Shown here: one piece after another, positions 40,449 to 51,321 of the stretch
How the letters are laid out: every line of letters starts with the position of its first letter
How positions within the stretch are numbered: the first letter of the stretch is position 1
Virus record (IMG/VR): IMGVR_UViG_2795385551_000010
Location: 38,919 to 102,918 of that record
Length of the DNA: 64,000 nt
Direction: 5' to 3' (one strand)
Origin: a virus
Lineage: Duplodnaviria > Caudoviricetes
The notes under the pieces: generated by a model
Seen by the model: only the letters and a program-made list of their open reading frames with translations
The model's database searches: none
What the model was told of the DNA's origin: nothing
Program-made: the position numbers and the translations under genes

Positions 40449-41732
40449 TTACGCCGCATCCTCCAAACTTTCTTCGCCCTTATCAAGCTGCCTAGTTTCG
40501 TGCTCCAAGAAAATAGGCGACTTCGCCTTGTAGATGCGCGGTACCTGTCCCTCAACGCGAACACAGACACCCTCGTCTACAGACAGCGGGTTAGAGAGCG
40601 GAATCGGGGAACTGAACTTATTGGACAGATTCGTATCCAAATAAGCCTCTGTGTACGAACGTGTGATGTTCGGCTCATCCTCGGCAGTCGCGTATTCCTC
40701 GTACCGATGAATAACCGGAACAGTCTTAACGCCGATAGCGGCACAGAACTGCTCCACCCCCTCCCATGACAGATCAGCGATAACGCCCTGACCATTCACG
40801 GTTGCAACCCGGTACACATAAAGCTCGGACTCGCCCGGTCGCAGGTTGTAGGTGTAATCCTTCTGAATCGGCTTCTCGTCATTCTCCCAGCCGATAAGCT
40901 CACCGTAGACGACGAAATTCTCCGGAATCATGCCTTCGAGCTTCCTAGCGTAATCCGCCCAAATGTCCGAATCGTAGAAGTGGTTATTGTCCGACCGGCC
41001 CTTAATGACCCGGCGCGAACCCGCTACGTCCTCAAACGCGGTATCCGGAGTCGGGATGCGCAGCCACTTATTGACCACCACCCGCTCAAGCCAGCCCTTA
41101 TCGCGCACTGCCGGGACGCGGCCAATCCGGATCGACGTGCCGTGAAGCTTCTGCGTGACCACTACCCGCTTAGGCTCCCGGAATGCCTGCCAGTTCCTAA
41201 ACAGGTGCTCGGTGTCCAGGTGCATCGGGAATAGCTTCTGGTCGACGCGCTGCCGGATCTTTGGCTGCCCCGGCACGCCCTGGACCCGCTTGCCCGGTGC
41301 CTCGTACTTACGGCACACCTCATGTCCGTTCAAGGTGTCGAACGTGTCACCCGGCTCCAAGCCGGTTACGTCAATACCCGTGTAGGCCAACGACTCCAAA
41401 GGCATCAACAGCGCATTGGACGGATTCTTGCGTAGCCGGATCGCCTTGACGCGCCGGTTCGGCTCAAGATAGCCCGGCTTAGCTGTCGCGTCCGCGTTCA
41501 ACGTCGGCTCACGGTGCAGATCGTTTAGCCGCGCGTACTCCTCGGACAGCTGGGTCTCCGCGACGAACAGCACCCGCAGATCACCGGCCTTAATGTCGGC
41601 CTTCTGTGTGAGCACCTGATAGCCGAACATCGGCACTGCTACCAGGTTGTCCAGGCCTGGCACGGTCTGCGGCTCTGGCACTCGAACAATCGACGCCGCA
41701 TAATTCACATTCTTAGGTTGTTCAAACTTCAC
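40449..41732 (-). CDS. RNA ligase (Rnl2/DRB0094-like)
   Basis: Motif I TQKLHGTS, VYGELIG, EGVCVR, YKAKS; N-terminal OB-like domain. Confidence 0.85.
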   Translation of the reverse strand: MKFEQPKNVNYAASIVRVPEPQTVPGLDNLVAVPMFGYQVLTQKADIKAGDLRVLFVAETQLSEEYARLNDLHREPTLNADATAKPGYLEPNRRVKAIRLRKNPSNALLMPLESLAYTGIDVTGLEPGDTFDTLNGHEVCRKYEAPGKRVQGVPGQPKIRQRVDQKLFPMHLDTEHLFRNWQAFREPKRVVVTQKLHGTSIRIGRVPAVRDKGWLERVVVNKWLRIPTPDTAFEDVAGSRRVIKGRSDNNHFYDSDIWADYARKLEGMIPENFVVYGELIGWENDEKPIQKDYTYNLRPGESELYVYRVATVNGQGVIADLSWEGVEQFCAAIGVKTVPVIHRYEEYATAEDEPNITRSYTEAYLDTNLSNKFSSPIPLSNPLSVDEGVCVRVEGQVPRIYKAKSPIFLEHETRQLDKGEESLEDAA

Positions 41733-42145
41733 TCTGAATCTCCAAAATTCGAGACTGGAATACCGGCCTTAGCGGCACGGCGCATACAATCGCGTGTCCC
41801 ATTCGACTTACCGAGCGGGAACGCTAAACAAATGTCCGCGCCCAAATCGACCATTTCCTGATTGCGGTAATGGCCAGCCATCGGGCAATACTCGGACCCA
41901 TCCGCGCGGTAACGCGGCTTGTGATAGCACCTGTCGTCACATGGCCGTCCCCAGTCGGCCGGGTGTCGTTCCGCTCTAGTCCTCGGATGGTTCACCGCGA
42001 AACTGTCAGCCAGCGCGTCAGCGCCGGTAGCGTCCCCGTGGACTATGACAATTTCGTCGCATAACGCGGTCTGGACGGATAAGGCGAGAAATAATCTCGT
42101 CCTATCCGTCCAGTTCCGCGAACCTGTTACTAGAATGCGTTTCTT
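41729..42145 (-). CDS. SLOG/DUF2493-family protein (start codon unclear)
   Basis: In-frame RILVTGSRNW...IVHGDATGADALA...HPADW...AGHYRNQEMV...SNGTRDC. Confidence 0.75.
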   Translation of the reverse strand, partial: KKRILVTGSRNWTDRTRLFLALSVQTALCDEIVIVHGDATGADALADSFAVNHPRTRAERHPADWGRPCDDRCYHKPRYRADGSEYCPMAGHYRNQEMVDLGADICLAFPLGKSNGTRDCMRRAAKAGIPVSNFGDSE

Positions 42146-42159
42146 AAGGGGAACACCGT

Positions 42160-42552
42160 TTAGAACGGTGCGTCATCCTTAGCGGCCCCACCCCAAGGAT
42201 CAGATTCCCGCTTTTTCTTGATTATCGTGGCAGCACCGACGTGCTCGGCCTCAACCTCGTAAGAGGTGCGCTTGTCGCCGTCCTTAGTCTCGTAAGACTT
42301 CTGCTTGAGCTTGCCCCACACACCCACGGTGTCACCCTTACGCAGCAGATCGGCCGCGCCCTCGGCATATGCGCGCCAAGCGTTGACCCGTAGAAACACA
42401 GTCTCCTCATCGACCCATTCCCCGGACTGCTTATCGAACCGGCGTGGGGTCGACGCAACGGTGAAGTTGGCGACGGTAACCCCGGACGGCAGCGCCCGAA
42501 TCTCCGGATCGGCGGTCAGGTTGCCGACAATATGCACATAGGTATCAGGCAT
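42160..42552 (-). CDS. ssb: Single-stranded DNA-binding protein
   Basis: VGNLTADPE...VANFTVASTPR; acidic DDAPF tail. Confidence 0.95.
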   Translation of the reverse strand: MPDTYVHIVGNLTADPEIRALPSGVTVANFTVASTPRRFDKQSGEWVDEETVFLRVNAWRAYAEGAADLLRKGDTVGVWGKLKQKSYETKDGDKRTSYEVEAEHVGAATIIKKKRESDPWGGAAKDDAPF

Positions 42553-43351
42553 TAATAAGCTCCAATTCACTCTCAGGGGGCAGAATCAGCCCCGTTTTCT
42601 TGGCGATGAATTCCAGACCAGACGGCTTTACTTTCGTTGTCCGTGAGGTGCCGGTGATATCGCCGCGCTTGTAGGAACTTGCAACCACCTTGAAGTGGTG
42701 GCTGTATTTCTCGTACGGCGTGTTTTTCATTCCGCCCCAGCCGATAAGTACGCCTTTATCGCGGAGCATCTGGAATAGCCGGTTTTGGCCTACACCCAGG
42801 ATCTTGCCGACAGTGCCGACGCTGTAATGGCCGTCCGAATCCATGAACTGCTCGTAGGCGGCGACCTTAGGTGCGTCGATTACGGCCTTAGCTTCAAGCT
42901 CGGTATTTCGAGCTTCCGCCGCGACCGCCTTAGCGCGCTCTGCCCGAGCGATGCTTAGCAGCTCGCCGAACTTTTCAAGCATGGTGTCCGGGTTGGACAG
43001 CTCTGCCTCGGCGCGGGAACCCGGCTCGATATACGCGCCGCCCGTTTTCCGGATGGTTGGCAACACCTCATGCGTAACCCAGCGCTTAAACTGCTTAGCC
43101 TCTGGCTTACGACTACGGAGCAGCATCGAGTACAGGCCCGACTCATTGACCACCGCTACTGGCTGGTCACCACCAGGGGTGTGCACAGTATGCACACCCT
43201 TTTCGTCCTCATCTAAGCCAGAGACTCCCCGGCCAACGTGGACAATGCAAAGGGCATCGCATACGTCCCGTGCTACAAACCACGGCTCGCCGTCACGGTT
43301 CACCACTCGCACGTTCACGAGGCCATAGTTGAAAATACCTAGTTCACTCAT
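42545..43351 (-). CDS. Bro-N / antirepressor protein
   Basis: GEPWFVARDVC...NESGLY...FKRWVTHEVLPTIRKTG plus KilA-C-like tail. Confidence 0.9.
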   Translation of the reverse strand: MSELGIFNYGLVNVRVVNRDGEPWFVARDVCDALCIVHVGRGVSGLDEDEKGVHTVHTPGGDQPVAVVNESGLYSMLLRSRKPEAKQFKRWVTHEVLPTIRKTGGAYIEPGSRAEAELSNPDTMLEKFGELLSIARAERAKAVAAEARNTELEAKAVIDAPKVAAYEQFMDSDGHYSVGTVGKILGVGQNRLFQMLRDKGVLIGWGGMKNTPYEKYSHHFKVVASSYKRGDITGTSRTTKVKPSGLEFIAKKTGLILPPESELELINA

Positions 43352-43896
43352 TTTTCCTTAGCCTTAATGAGGCAATAAGCCTCGTACTCACTCTGAGTAA
43401 GCGTCGTTGCGCAATCTGCATTCGTGCACATCACGACACCAGCGCCCACCCATGACCCAAGCGTCGGTAAACCACATTCCGGGCACGGAGCCCGACGCCG
43501 CTCCCAAATCTGCCCCAGCCCTACAACCCCGTCAGCCTGCGAATGCAACTTACGAACCCGCAGCGCTAAGGGAATGCCGTCAGTCCACGTAACAATGTCG
43601 CGAATACGTGCACCCTGACCGGACGCTAAAACCTCGTCAATCGCGTCAATAAGGTCCAATACCCGTACATTGATGGGCGTAGATGGCTCAGAACTGCCCG
43701 ATACTTTTTCGCCGCCAGCACCCGGACTCTTAACCCGAAAGTCCATTAGCGCCATTCGGTAATCCGGCAGCTCGGACCAGCATTTCTCGATATTTTCGAT
43801 ACAACGCGGGCATAACCCTGGCCTAGCCAATACAGCCGGGCCGGTCGACGTGCGGGCCACGCAATACTTTCCGGACCCGCAATACGAATCAGCCAT
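43348..43896 (-). CDS. Zn-binding hypothetical protein
   Basis: Several CxxC motifs. Confidence 0.6.
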   Translation of the reverse strand: MADSYCGSGKYCVARTSTGPAVLARPGLCPRCIENIEKCWSELPDYRMALMDFRVKSPGAGGEKVSGSSEPSTPINVRVLDLIDAIDEVLASGQGARIRDIVTWTDGIPLALRVRKLHSQADGVVGLGQIWERRRAPCPECGLPTLGSWVGAGVVMCTNADCATTLTQSEYEAYCLIKAKEK

Positions 43897-44356
43897 TTCC
43901 CCTCTGCTTTCGTATCCGTGCCGCGCGCTTAGCGTCTAGACGGCAGGCCCGGCAACGAACACCCGCATGGGCCAGATGCTTTACCGGCTCCGCGTTCGCG
44001 CCGGTCAACTCATGCAGGCCCTTCCGGCACAACTTCACTGCCCTGCGGTCCCTTAACGCCTGGCGCTCCCACTCGTCCAGACCGCCCCACACACCCGGCG
44101 ACTTCTCACCGTGCACCGACTCCCAGGCCAGCACCTCCCGCAGACAGTCCGGCTTAACCGGGCACGTCTGGCAGATCGCCTTAGCTTGCTCAATGGCACT
44201 GTCGGCCTTGTGATTCGGGAAGAATGCGGCGTCCAAATCACCCCAGTCCGTGTCCGGCCCGCCCTTGCAAGCAGCGTCCGGTAGGTCCGGTGCGTCTAGG
44301 AACTCGATTACTGGGTGACGGGTGCGGTTGTTCAGGTTGATTCCCGCAAGGGTCAC
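43889..44356 (-). CDS. whiB: WhiB-family regulator with C-terminal extension
   Basis: C...FF...CQTCPVKPDC...GVWGG. Confidence 0.9.
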   Translation of the reverse strand: MTLAGINLNNRTRHPVIEFLDAPDLPDAACKGGPDTDWGDLDAAFFPNHKADSAIEQAKAICQTCPVKPDCLREVLAWESVHGEKSPGVWGGLDEWERQALRDRRAVKLCRKGLHELTGANAEPVKHLAHAGVRCRACRLDAKRAARIRKQRGNG

Positions 44357-44604
44357 GCGGCTACCCGCTCCCCACGCTCCTCGGCCAGCTCGGAACGCTC
44401 AGTGGGACTCATGCCGCCCCGAACCCCGTACCTAAGGCTCCGGCAGTAACCGTGCTCTTCCGCCATCGCGGCCTCTAGGCATTCGCGCCGTACCGGGCAC
44501 CATTCCTTGCATATCCGGCGTGGGGTCGACGCGCCATTACCCCTGTCCGGAAAGAACAAATCCGGATCTAATTCTTTGCATACAGCGTCTTGTCGCCAAT
44601 TCAA
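44353..44604 (-). CDS. whiB: WhiB-family regulator
   Basis: WRQDAVC..DPDLFFP...CPVRREC...GVRGG. Confidence 0.9.
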   Translation of the reverse strand: MNWRQDAVCKELDPDLFFPDRGNGASTPRRICKEWCPVRRECLEAAMAEEHGYCRSLRYGVRGGMSPTERSELAEERGERVAA

Positions 44605-44966
44605 TTTTCACTCACCCTAATCTCGATTCGCGCATGTTTGGTCTGCGTTTGATCGATACTCATGCTTAGTTTGGTTACCCATTTGGAATCGTCGCCGGGC
44701 CAAACTCCGGCGTCCACCATGCCGTCTAATGCGGCTTTAGCGAATGGCCCTAGTGAGTCAACGTCGCGGCATCGTTTGTCTGGCACGTACCAGACAATTT
44801 CTACTTGCGACGGTTCTAGGTTTTTGATTCCCGCTTGCCGGATAAGCCAAGCAATGGTCTCCCCTACCTGTTGCTTGGCTCTCCGGACTTGCGGCCATGT
44901 CCACCTGCGCTGATCGTTGGATAGCATTGGTGGACGTGTCATGGGCACCGTTATTAGGTGCTCCAA
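44601..44966 (-). CDS. rusA: RusA-like Holliday junction resolvase
   Basis: RDVDS...KAALDGMVDAGVWPGDD. Confidence 0.8.
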   Translation of the reverse strand: MEHLITVPMTRPPMLSNDQRRWTWPQVRRAKQQVGETIAWLIRQAGIKNLEPSQVEIVWYVPDKRCRDVDSLGPFAKAALDGMVDAGVWPGDDSKWVTKLSMSIDQTQTKHARIEIRVSEN

Positions 44967-45323
44967 TTCCCCCCGATTTACTTACTAACCGAGTATCGTC
45001 AACGACCTGTGATAGTCGGCGTGACACACTCGGACGAACTTCCCTATCGCCTGCTTGTAGTAGGTGATCTGCTTATGGCCGCGCGTATATGCGGGGTGCA
45101 GAAACTTTTCCATCAGCAGTTCCCGATCATGCTTAGCCAAGGTTCACCGCCCCAAGCTGAACAATCACCATCTGCGACTGATTGCGGCTATCCGAACGGG
45201 TAGTAACCCGGTCCTCGGGTCCAAGGCCAAGGACAGTGAGCGTCTTGGACTTGCGGTCGTAGGTGATACCCACGTCCCCGTCTAAGGCGATTGCCATCCC
45301 GTCGCCCGTAATACTCACTGCCA

Positions 45324-46241
45324 TCAGAAGTCCCCCGGCTGAACTTGCAGGCACTTAAGGCCCAAGGCCCGCCACAGGTTCACCACCTGGTCGCGGTCGT
45401 CCAGCACAAACCGGACGTTGTACTTGCCCCGGATGTTCTGGTTGAACAGGTCATACTTCACCCGGTAGTCGGGCAGCTTGTTCCCGTTAGCATCCTTAGC
45501 GCCGGTAGGCCGCATGTACAGGAAGTCGTACCAAATGCCGTTGTTCTCTAGCCATTTAGCGGTTTCCTCCCGGCAGTCATCGTCGCGGCCAGACACGAAC
45601 AGCACGTACACGCCCTGGTTATCCATTGCGTTGACAAGCCATTTGATCTGCTCGTCAACGGTGTCCGTGTGGACCTGCGTGTAGTCGTATGGACTGCGGC
45701 CTGTCATGTGTGCGACCGTGCCGTCAATGTCCACGATGATTGCAGCAGGCAAGTCCTCGACCCATTCGACCGGCTCCGGTGTGAACGTTTCGAGCTGAGT
45801 GACCTTGGGCCAGTTGCCAACCGGATGGCGCTTAGCCATGCGCTCAATCACGTCGGAGCCCACATGGCGCTCACCCCGAGCCTTACGCACCAGATCATTA
45901 GCAGCGCACTTAAGCGGACCCGCCTCGATATCCACAACCTCGAACTCGGCCCCATACTGGGCGGCCAGCTTCGCCCACTTACGCAACCAGCGAGACTCCA
46001 AGTGCGTAGCGTCGACCACCACCGACACACCCGACTTAAGCAGCGCATGAACCTGCGCACGCTCAGCCGTCGTCACCTGCTCCTCACACTCGGCCTTACC
46101 TGTGAAATAGTTGTCGTGCAACATCTTTCGCAGGTCGTCGCGACAGACTCGGACAGCTCCGGTCTCGGCCGCAATTTCCTTAGCCTTAGTGGACTTGCCG
46201 GAGCCGGGGTACCCGCGCATAGCGGTCAGTTTCAGCGCCAT
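45324..46241 (-). CDS. Polynucleotide kinase/phosphatase (T4 Pnk-like)
   Basis: GYPGSGKST...RDDLR kinase plus HAD DIDGT...SGR...DDR phosphatase. Confidence 0.92.
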   Translation of the reverse strand: MALKLTAMRGYPGSGKSTKAKEIAAETGAVRVCRDDLRKMLHDNYFTGKAECEEQVTTAERAQVHALLKSGVSVVVDATHLESRWLRKWAKLAAQYGAEFEVVDIEAGPLKCAANDLVRKARGERHVGSDVIERMAKRHPVGNWPKVTQLETFTPEPVEWVEDLPAAIIVDIDGTVAHMTGRSPYDYTQVHTDTVDEQIKWLVNAMDNQGVYVLFVSGRDDDCREETAKWLENNGIWYDFLYMRPTGAKDANGNKLPDYRVKYDLFNQNIRGKYNVRFVLDDRDQVVNLWRALGLKCLQVQPGDF

Positions 46242-46561
46242 CAGTTACTCACTTTCTTTGCATCGCCGCTATTCAGATCCCTTGCGACGGACGCGGCAGC
46301 CTCGTACAACGCGCCAACGCCACGGCCCCGCTGGAAGTCCCGGTAGGCAGACCTGGCCAACCGAATTGCGTAGTTACGCAACCGCTCTGGTGTGATATCC
46401 GGATCGTCATAGTCGAAGCTCCCGGAACTGCTCTCTGCCGTAAACACCCAAAGGAACTTGATACGCACATGCAGCCTCGGCATGCCCAACGTCGGGGAAT
46501 AACGGACTGTCCACTTGTGCCACTTGGGAAGCTTCGGAAACTCCAAGGTGTTCACGCTCAC
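46241..46561 (-). CDS. Hypothetical protein
   Basis: Coupled ORF. Confidence 0.55.
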   Translation of the reverse strand: MSVNTLEFPKLPKWHKWTVRYSPTLGMPRLHVRIKFLWVFTAESSSGSFDYDDPDITPERLRNYAIRLARSAYRDFQRGRGVGALYEAAASVARDLNSGDAKKVSN

Positions 46562-48042
46562 GCCTCACTCCATTTCAATGTCTTGCGCACGTCCGCGAAC
46601 GTTTGACGCCTAAGGAATTCCCCGTCCTGCCACACCGGCTGCAACGCGCTGTTCAGCTCTTGGAACAGGTTGGCGTTCTGAATCAACGTCAGCTCGCCGT
46701 CATCACCTGCAATGACTGCCAGACGGCCTGTAGCCGACTTTTTCGTGCCGTCATCGGTAACCGGGTCTTTCAGCAGATTCACGCCCTCACCGTCGACCTC
46801 GGCCCACGTTGCTTTCATGGCAGAACCGAACGTGTCGCGCGTGTTGTACTGGTAAGTAAAGGAACCCACGCCAAACACCACGTTTGACGACGCCCACCCG
46901 AGCTTTTCCATCCGGTCAGTGATCGACTTAGCGCGATCTAAGGTGATCGAATCACCATAGATGGCACCCACTTTCGGGCTCAGATCAATGAATCCGGAGA
47001 CATTCTTGCGGCCACCGAACGTCTCGTAGAGCATCCCGAGCACCCCGTGCCACTCCGGGGAACCAACAGGCTTAGTGTCGTCGCCGCACAGGATCTTCTC
47101 TGGGTCACCGGAATCCGGCCGGATGACCAACTTGCCGTCGCGCGCAAGGATCTTGTCTCGCAACGCGGGCAAGTAGGTGCCTAGCACCTTCCACAGATCG
47201 AACGTGTCAGAGACCACCGAGACAATGCCGGTCGGGTACAAGTCCAGCAGCCGGGAGAACGTCTCTTGCTCCCCTACCGCCTCAATACCCGTGCACATCA
47301 CCGAATGCTCAGTAGCCGGAACACTGCCAAACCTGTAAGGCCCGCCGTAATAGCGGTCAATCCAATCCAGCGACACCAGAGAATCAGTGCCCGTGAAGGA
47401 CAACAGGTGCGCGGCCCCCGACGCGGCAGCCGAATCGTGCGACGACATACCCCGATACGAGAAGTCATGGCACTGCCAATCCACCCCGGCTGGATCGCCA
47501 CCAGTGCGCAAGGCCGCGGAGTCCAAAACTTTGCGGTACTCGTGCGCAATCGTCGCTGACGTGCTCGCTTGCCAAATGCCGGCGCTTAGCCCTGTCTCTA
47601 CAAAGTTGGTCAACCAGTAGAAATCCGGGTGTGTGTTCTCCACCGTGAAGGACGGCACACCGATGGGGACAAGCGTGCCTTCCGGGACGGCACAGAACCG
47701 CAACGGCAGGTACCCGAGCTGGTGCAGCGAGCGGATGTGATCGCTACCGATTGCCTCGGCCGCATCCGGGCCAAGCACCTGCGCTACCCGGCCCTCGTAC
47801 AGTCGGCAAGCCTGATTCTTACCGCCGTCGAAAAACGGTTGGAAAGCATCGACCAAGTACCGCTGAATGTAAGCCTGCAACCCGAAATGAACCACCTTGT
47901 TCACACCAGGAATCCGGCCCTTACGGTTCGTGTAATTCGAGTAGACGCGGGTGACCTTGCCCGCCAGGTCGTATTGCCGTTTATGGTCCAACTTGTAGGC
48001 GTCTGTGTGGAACAGTGCCGCCACCTGCGAAAAATCGGTCAC
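46558..48042 (-). CDS. Nicotinamide phosphoribosyltransferase-like protein (Namat candidate)
   Basis: [48 protein letters not shown]. Confidence 0.92.
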   Translation of the reverse strand: MTDFSQVAALFHTDAYKLDHKRQYDLAGKVTRVYSNYTNRKGRIPGVNKVVHFGLQAYIQRYLVDAFQPFFDGGKNQACRLYEGRVAQVLGPDAAEAIGSDHIRSLHQLGYLPLRFCAVPEGTLVPIGVPSFTVENTHPDFYWLTNFVETGLSAGIWQASTSATIAHEYRKVLDSAALRTGGDPAGVDWQCHDFSYRGMSSHDSAAASGAAHLLSFTGTDSLVSLDWIDRYYGGPYRFGSVPATEHSVMCTGIEAVGEQETFSRLLDLYPTGIVSVVSDTFDLWKVLGTYLPALRDKILARDGKLVIRPDSGDPEKILCGDDTKPVGSPEWHGVLGMLYETFGGRKNVSGFIDLSPKVGAIYGDSITLDRAKSITDRMEKLGWASSNVVFGVGSFTYQYNTRDTFGSAMKATWAEVDGEGVNLLKDPVTDDGTKKSATGRLAVIAGDDGELTLIQNANLFQELNSALQPVWQDGEFLRRQTFADVRKTLKWSEA

Positions 48043-48449
48043 GACTCCCCCTCTGTGATCCACTGGCGCGCAATCTCACACAATGCGATCCAAACGGCGT
48101 CCTTAATGCGTTCCTCGTATCCCAAATCGTCAAACGGAATCATGTCCGGATGCGCCTTAAGTTCCGGGTCGCGCACAGGCCCATAGGTCCATCCCAATGC
48201 CTCATAAGCGCGCCACCAACTATCGTGCGCAGCCTCGGGGTTGGTGTACCTATCTGGACCCATCATCTTCGCGGTTATGTCCAGGAATTGAGCCTTGAAC
48301 TTGTCGTCTCGCGTCGACCACGGCTCCGGCACGATGGGCGCGTTAACGGCAGCAGCTTGCAACCGTGCACCTTCGTAAATGAAAATAGCCTGTCGCTCAA
48401 GTAGGGTTTCGGCGACCGGCCATTGAATCGGTGAGAAATCTTGTGTCAT
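48039..48449 (-). CDS. RyR-domain protein
   Basis: AHDSW...GWTYGPVRD...[10 protein letters not shown]...KD. Confidence 0.8.
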   Translation of the reverse strand: MTQDFSPIQWPVAETLLERQAIFIYEGARLQAAAVNAPIVPEPWSTRDDKFKAQFLDITAKMMGPDRYTNPEAAHDSWWRAYEALGWTYGPVRDPELKAHPDMIPFDDLGYEERIKDAVWIALCEIARQWITEGES

Positions 48450-49327
48450 GTTTCACTAAGCCCTTTTTGCATCGCTTTGAACATCGTTGGGAAAACCGGC
48501 ACAATCGAATACGGATGAATCCGCGAGTGGCCCGGATGAGAGTCGGTCGTATAAATGCGCCCGAAATGGTCGTGCAGCTTTTCGGCTTTACCGGAGAAAA
48601 TGCCGTGAGTAACCCACAAGTCAACCTGCTCTTTCGGCAGGTTAAGCATTTGAGCTAAGCCGATGAACGTTCCGCCGCCGTCGCAAATATCGTCTGCGAC
48701 CAGGTACCGCCACTTAGCGGGTGTCGCGTCCAGCATCCACATGCTTTTAATGCGGCCGGTGGTGAAATCGCGTTCCTTTTCAGCGCGCACCAGCTTGCAC
48801 CCAAGGTGATCGGCCATCGCTTGTGCACGTGGGATTGAGCCCTTGTCCGGCGCGATAACGGCGTCGTAGGTTCGTCCCATTAATGCCCGGTCAACGAACG
48901 CTGTAGCGGGCAATTCAATCAGCGGATCAATCAACGGGTCTGCGCACGCCTTGCAACTCTTGTAGGCCCTTGTGCCATCCTCGGAATGTGGGTCTACCGT
49001 GATAATCGCTTCCGGCAGCATCGAACCGGCCAGCCATGCGTAAGCTGCCGCGCCCTTGGGTGTACCGCGATCAGCGCGAGCCGCTGGCAGATACGGCAGC
49101 ATCAGCACGAACGGTTTCATGACGTGAACTGCGTGAGCGGCCAGTAGTGTCGCCTTCACGAGGTCGTTAGGGTCTGCGCCGCGCATATCGGCAATCCATG
49201 TGACCTGCTTATTGCCAAAGTCGTGCAGGTTCCTTAGGTGCCATTCGCCGCCCGGAAACTGGAAAGGCTCGGCCACGTTGTTAACCGTGCCCAAGCCCTC
49301 CACGTAAGCTTTCAGAAATACAGTCAT
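48446..49327 (-). CDS. Ribose-phosphate pyrophosphokinase-like protein (Adps candidate)
   Basis: [39 protein letters not shown]. Confidence 0.9.
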   Translation of the reverse strand: MTVFLKAYVEGLGTVNNVAEPFQFPGGEWHLRNLHDFGNKQVTWIADMRGADPNDLVKATLLAAHAVHVMKPFVLMLPYLPAARADRGTPKGAAAYAWLAGSMLPEAIITVDPHSEDGTRAYKSCKACADPLIDPLIELPATAFVDRALMGRTYDAVIAPDKGSIPRAQAMADHLGCKLVRAEKERDFTTGRIKSMWMLDATPAKWRYLVADDICDGGGTFIGLAQMLNLPKEQVDLWVTHGIFSGKAEKLHDHFGRIYTTDSHPGHSRIHPYSIVPVFPTMFKAMQKGLSET

Positions 49328-49789
49328 TTGTCACTACCCCTAAGATTTATCACGGCCCATTCGACAACCTCGCCAGGCTTAGCCCGATGCGAGTCTTTCT
49401 TCCCGCAGTCGACACGCGGAATACGTGGAAGGTCTGGGTACTCGCCAACCGGGAAATCGTTGTTATCAATCACGGCTGTATTCCTCGTCATCGTCATAAT
49501 GACTTAGCGACTCGTAATAGTCTTCGTCGTCGCATTGGTCACAGATATCGCCGTACATGCGATACGCATATCTTTCGCAGCGCGGACAAATCACCACTCC
49601 ACCGCCTCCCCCTTAGCCCACTTCTCCAAGCGGATAATCCGATCCTCGATATCAGAACCACTAGAGCCATTAAGTGTGGCGACGATATGCTTAGCCGCCG
49701 ACTCCGCAGTATCAATAGACGGCATAGTTTTAATACCGCCCTGGTAGACGTAGACGTATTTCAAGATGAGCGCCGAGACAAGTTCTGTC

Positions 49790-50053
49790 TCATTCACGCT
49801 GTTCGTCGTTGACGCCTGTTTCTTGTCGGTAAAATCCCGTCGCCCAAACATCAGTCACACCCCCAGGCACCGCCGTAGCCGCCCATATCTCACACCTCTC
49901 AATAACCGGACAGACAGAACACATAAACCGCATATCGTCAAAATCGCCGCTGGTAAGTAACCTGCGCGGCTGAGTGAATCGGGAATCGCCATCACAAAGC
50001 GCCTCATCCGTCCAATGCCCTTCGACACCGGACATCAACTGATCAACGCTCAT
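49790..50053 (-). CDS. Divergent WhiB-like protein
   Basis: WTDEALC...CSVCPVIERC...VWA. Confidence 0.65.
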   Translation of the reverse strand: MSVDQLMSGVEGHWTDEALCDGDSRFTQPRRLLTSGDFDDMRFMCSVCPVIERCEIWAATAVPGGVTDVWATGFYRQETGVNDEQRE

Positions 50054-51321
50054 TGCGTGATACGGGCGTAATTTCCCTCGAATTGCATAACCAAATCCCC
50101 CAACTTCCCCTGCCTATTCTTGCCCACGATCATCTGCACAAAACCAGGGTCATCCTCGTTAGTGTGCAAAAGAATCACGCAATCGCTATCCTGTTCAATT
50201 GCTCCGCTTTCGCGTAGGTCTGCAATCGTCGGGGCGCGCGGCTTACCGTCTTTAACAGGGCCACGATTTAGTTGCGCCGCGACTACTACAGCCGCGTTAA
50301 GCTCCCGTGCCGCCATCTTCAATGTCCGGCTGAAATGCGACACCTGCTCTTGCCGTGACACCCGCTTATCGGATGGCTCAATCAATTGCAGGTAGTCGAC
50401 CACGATCACATCGAATGGCCCCGCCGCGCGACAATGCGCAACGATCTGCTCTACCGTGATCGACTCGCGATCCACGATCTGTAAGGGCAGCCCCTCGTTT
50501 TCCTTGGTGAACTTAGCGACCCGTTCGGAACTCTCAATATCGAGATTCCGGCGCGTTAGGTCCGTTAGGTTCACGTCCGCGCCCTGCGCCAGAATGCGGG
50601 TCATAACCTCATTGGCTGACATTTCCAGCGAGATCACTACGGACTTGTAGTTGTAGAACGCCACATGCCGGGCTAGCTGCGTCGTAGCGACACTCTTGCC
50701 GACACCGGGACGTGCAGCGACCACATACACCCTGCCGCGCTGTAGACCGCCACTCAGAACGTTGTTCAGAGCAGGCCACGGCGTAGGGATAGCCTTACCG
50801 GCCTCCCCCTCATACCACGCATTCCAAGAGGTGACGAGCTGGTCGAAATCCTGCGCCGACTTATCGGACTGCTGAGTCTCCCGAAAGAACTTCTCAGCCT
50901 GCGCAACAACCGCGTCCATGTCCTCTATCGGCGTATCGTTCGACGCCAACTGACGTAGCCGCACACCCAACTCGCCAAGCCTGCGCAAACGTGCCTTACC
51001 GGCCACAATCTGTGCATACTGCACCCCATATTCAGGGGTCGGAACCGCAGACATCAACGTGTGCAAATAAGGTGCCCCGCCGATATTCTTTAGCTTGCCC
51101 ATCTTGTCAAGCTCCGCAGCCACGGTCACCGGATCAACATCGATACCACAAAGCCAAGTGGCGATAATCGCGGTAAAGATCGTTGCATGGGCGGGTCGAT
51201 AGAAATCTTCGGGCTTGAGCGCTTCCGATACCTGAGCTAATGCCTTTTCGTTAAGCATCATCGCGCCAAGTGCGGATTGCTCAGCTAGAAGATCGTTCGG
51301 AATGTTTTCCGGATCGGTCAC
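50050..51321 (-). CDS. dnaB: Replicative DNA helicase
   Basis: ARPGVGKS, SLEM, VDYLQL, AQLNR, DLRESGAIEQD, KNRQG. Confidence 0.95.
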   Translation of the reverse strand: MTDPENIPNDLLAEQSALGAMMLNEKALAQVSEALKPEDFYRPAHATIFTAIIATWLCGIDVDPVTVAAELDKMGKLKNIGGAPYLHTLMSAVPTPEYGVQYAQIVAGKARLRRLGELGVRLRQLASNDTPIEDMDAVVAQAEKFFRETQQSDKSAQDFDQLVTSWNAWYEGEAGKAIPTPWPALNNVLSGGLQRGRVYVVAARPGVGKSVATTQLARHVAFYNYKSVVISLEMSANEVMTRILAQGADVNLTDLTRRNLDIESSERVAKFTKENEGLPLQIVDRESITVEQIVAHCRAAGPFDVIVVDYLQLIEPSDKRVSRQEQVSHFSRTLKMAARELNAAVVVAAQLNRGPVKDGKPRAPTIADLRESGAIEQDSDCVILLHTNEDDPGFVQMIVGKNRQGKLGDLVMQFEGNYARITQ

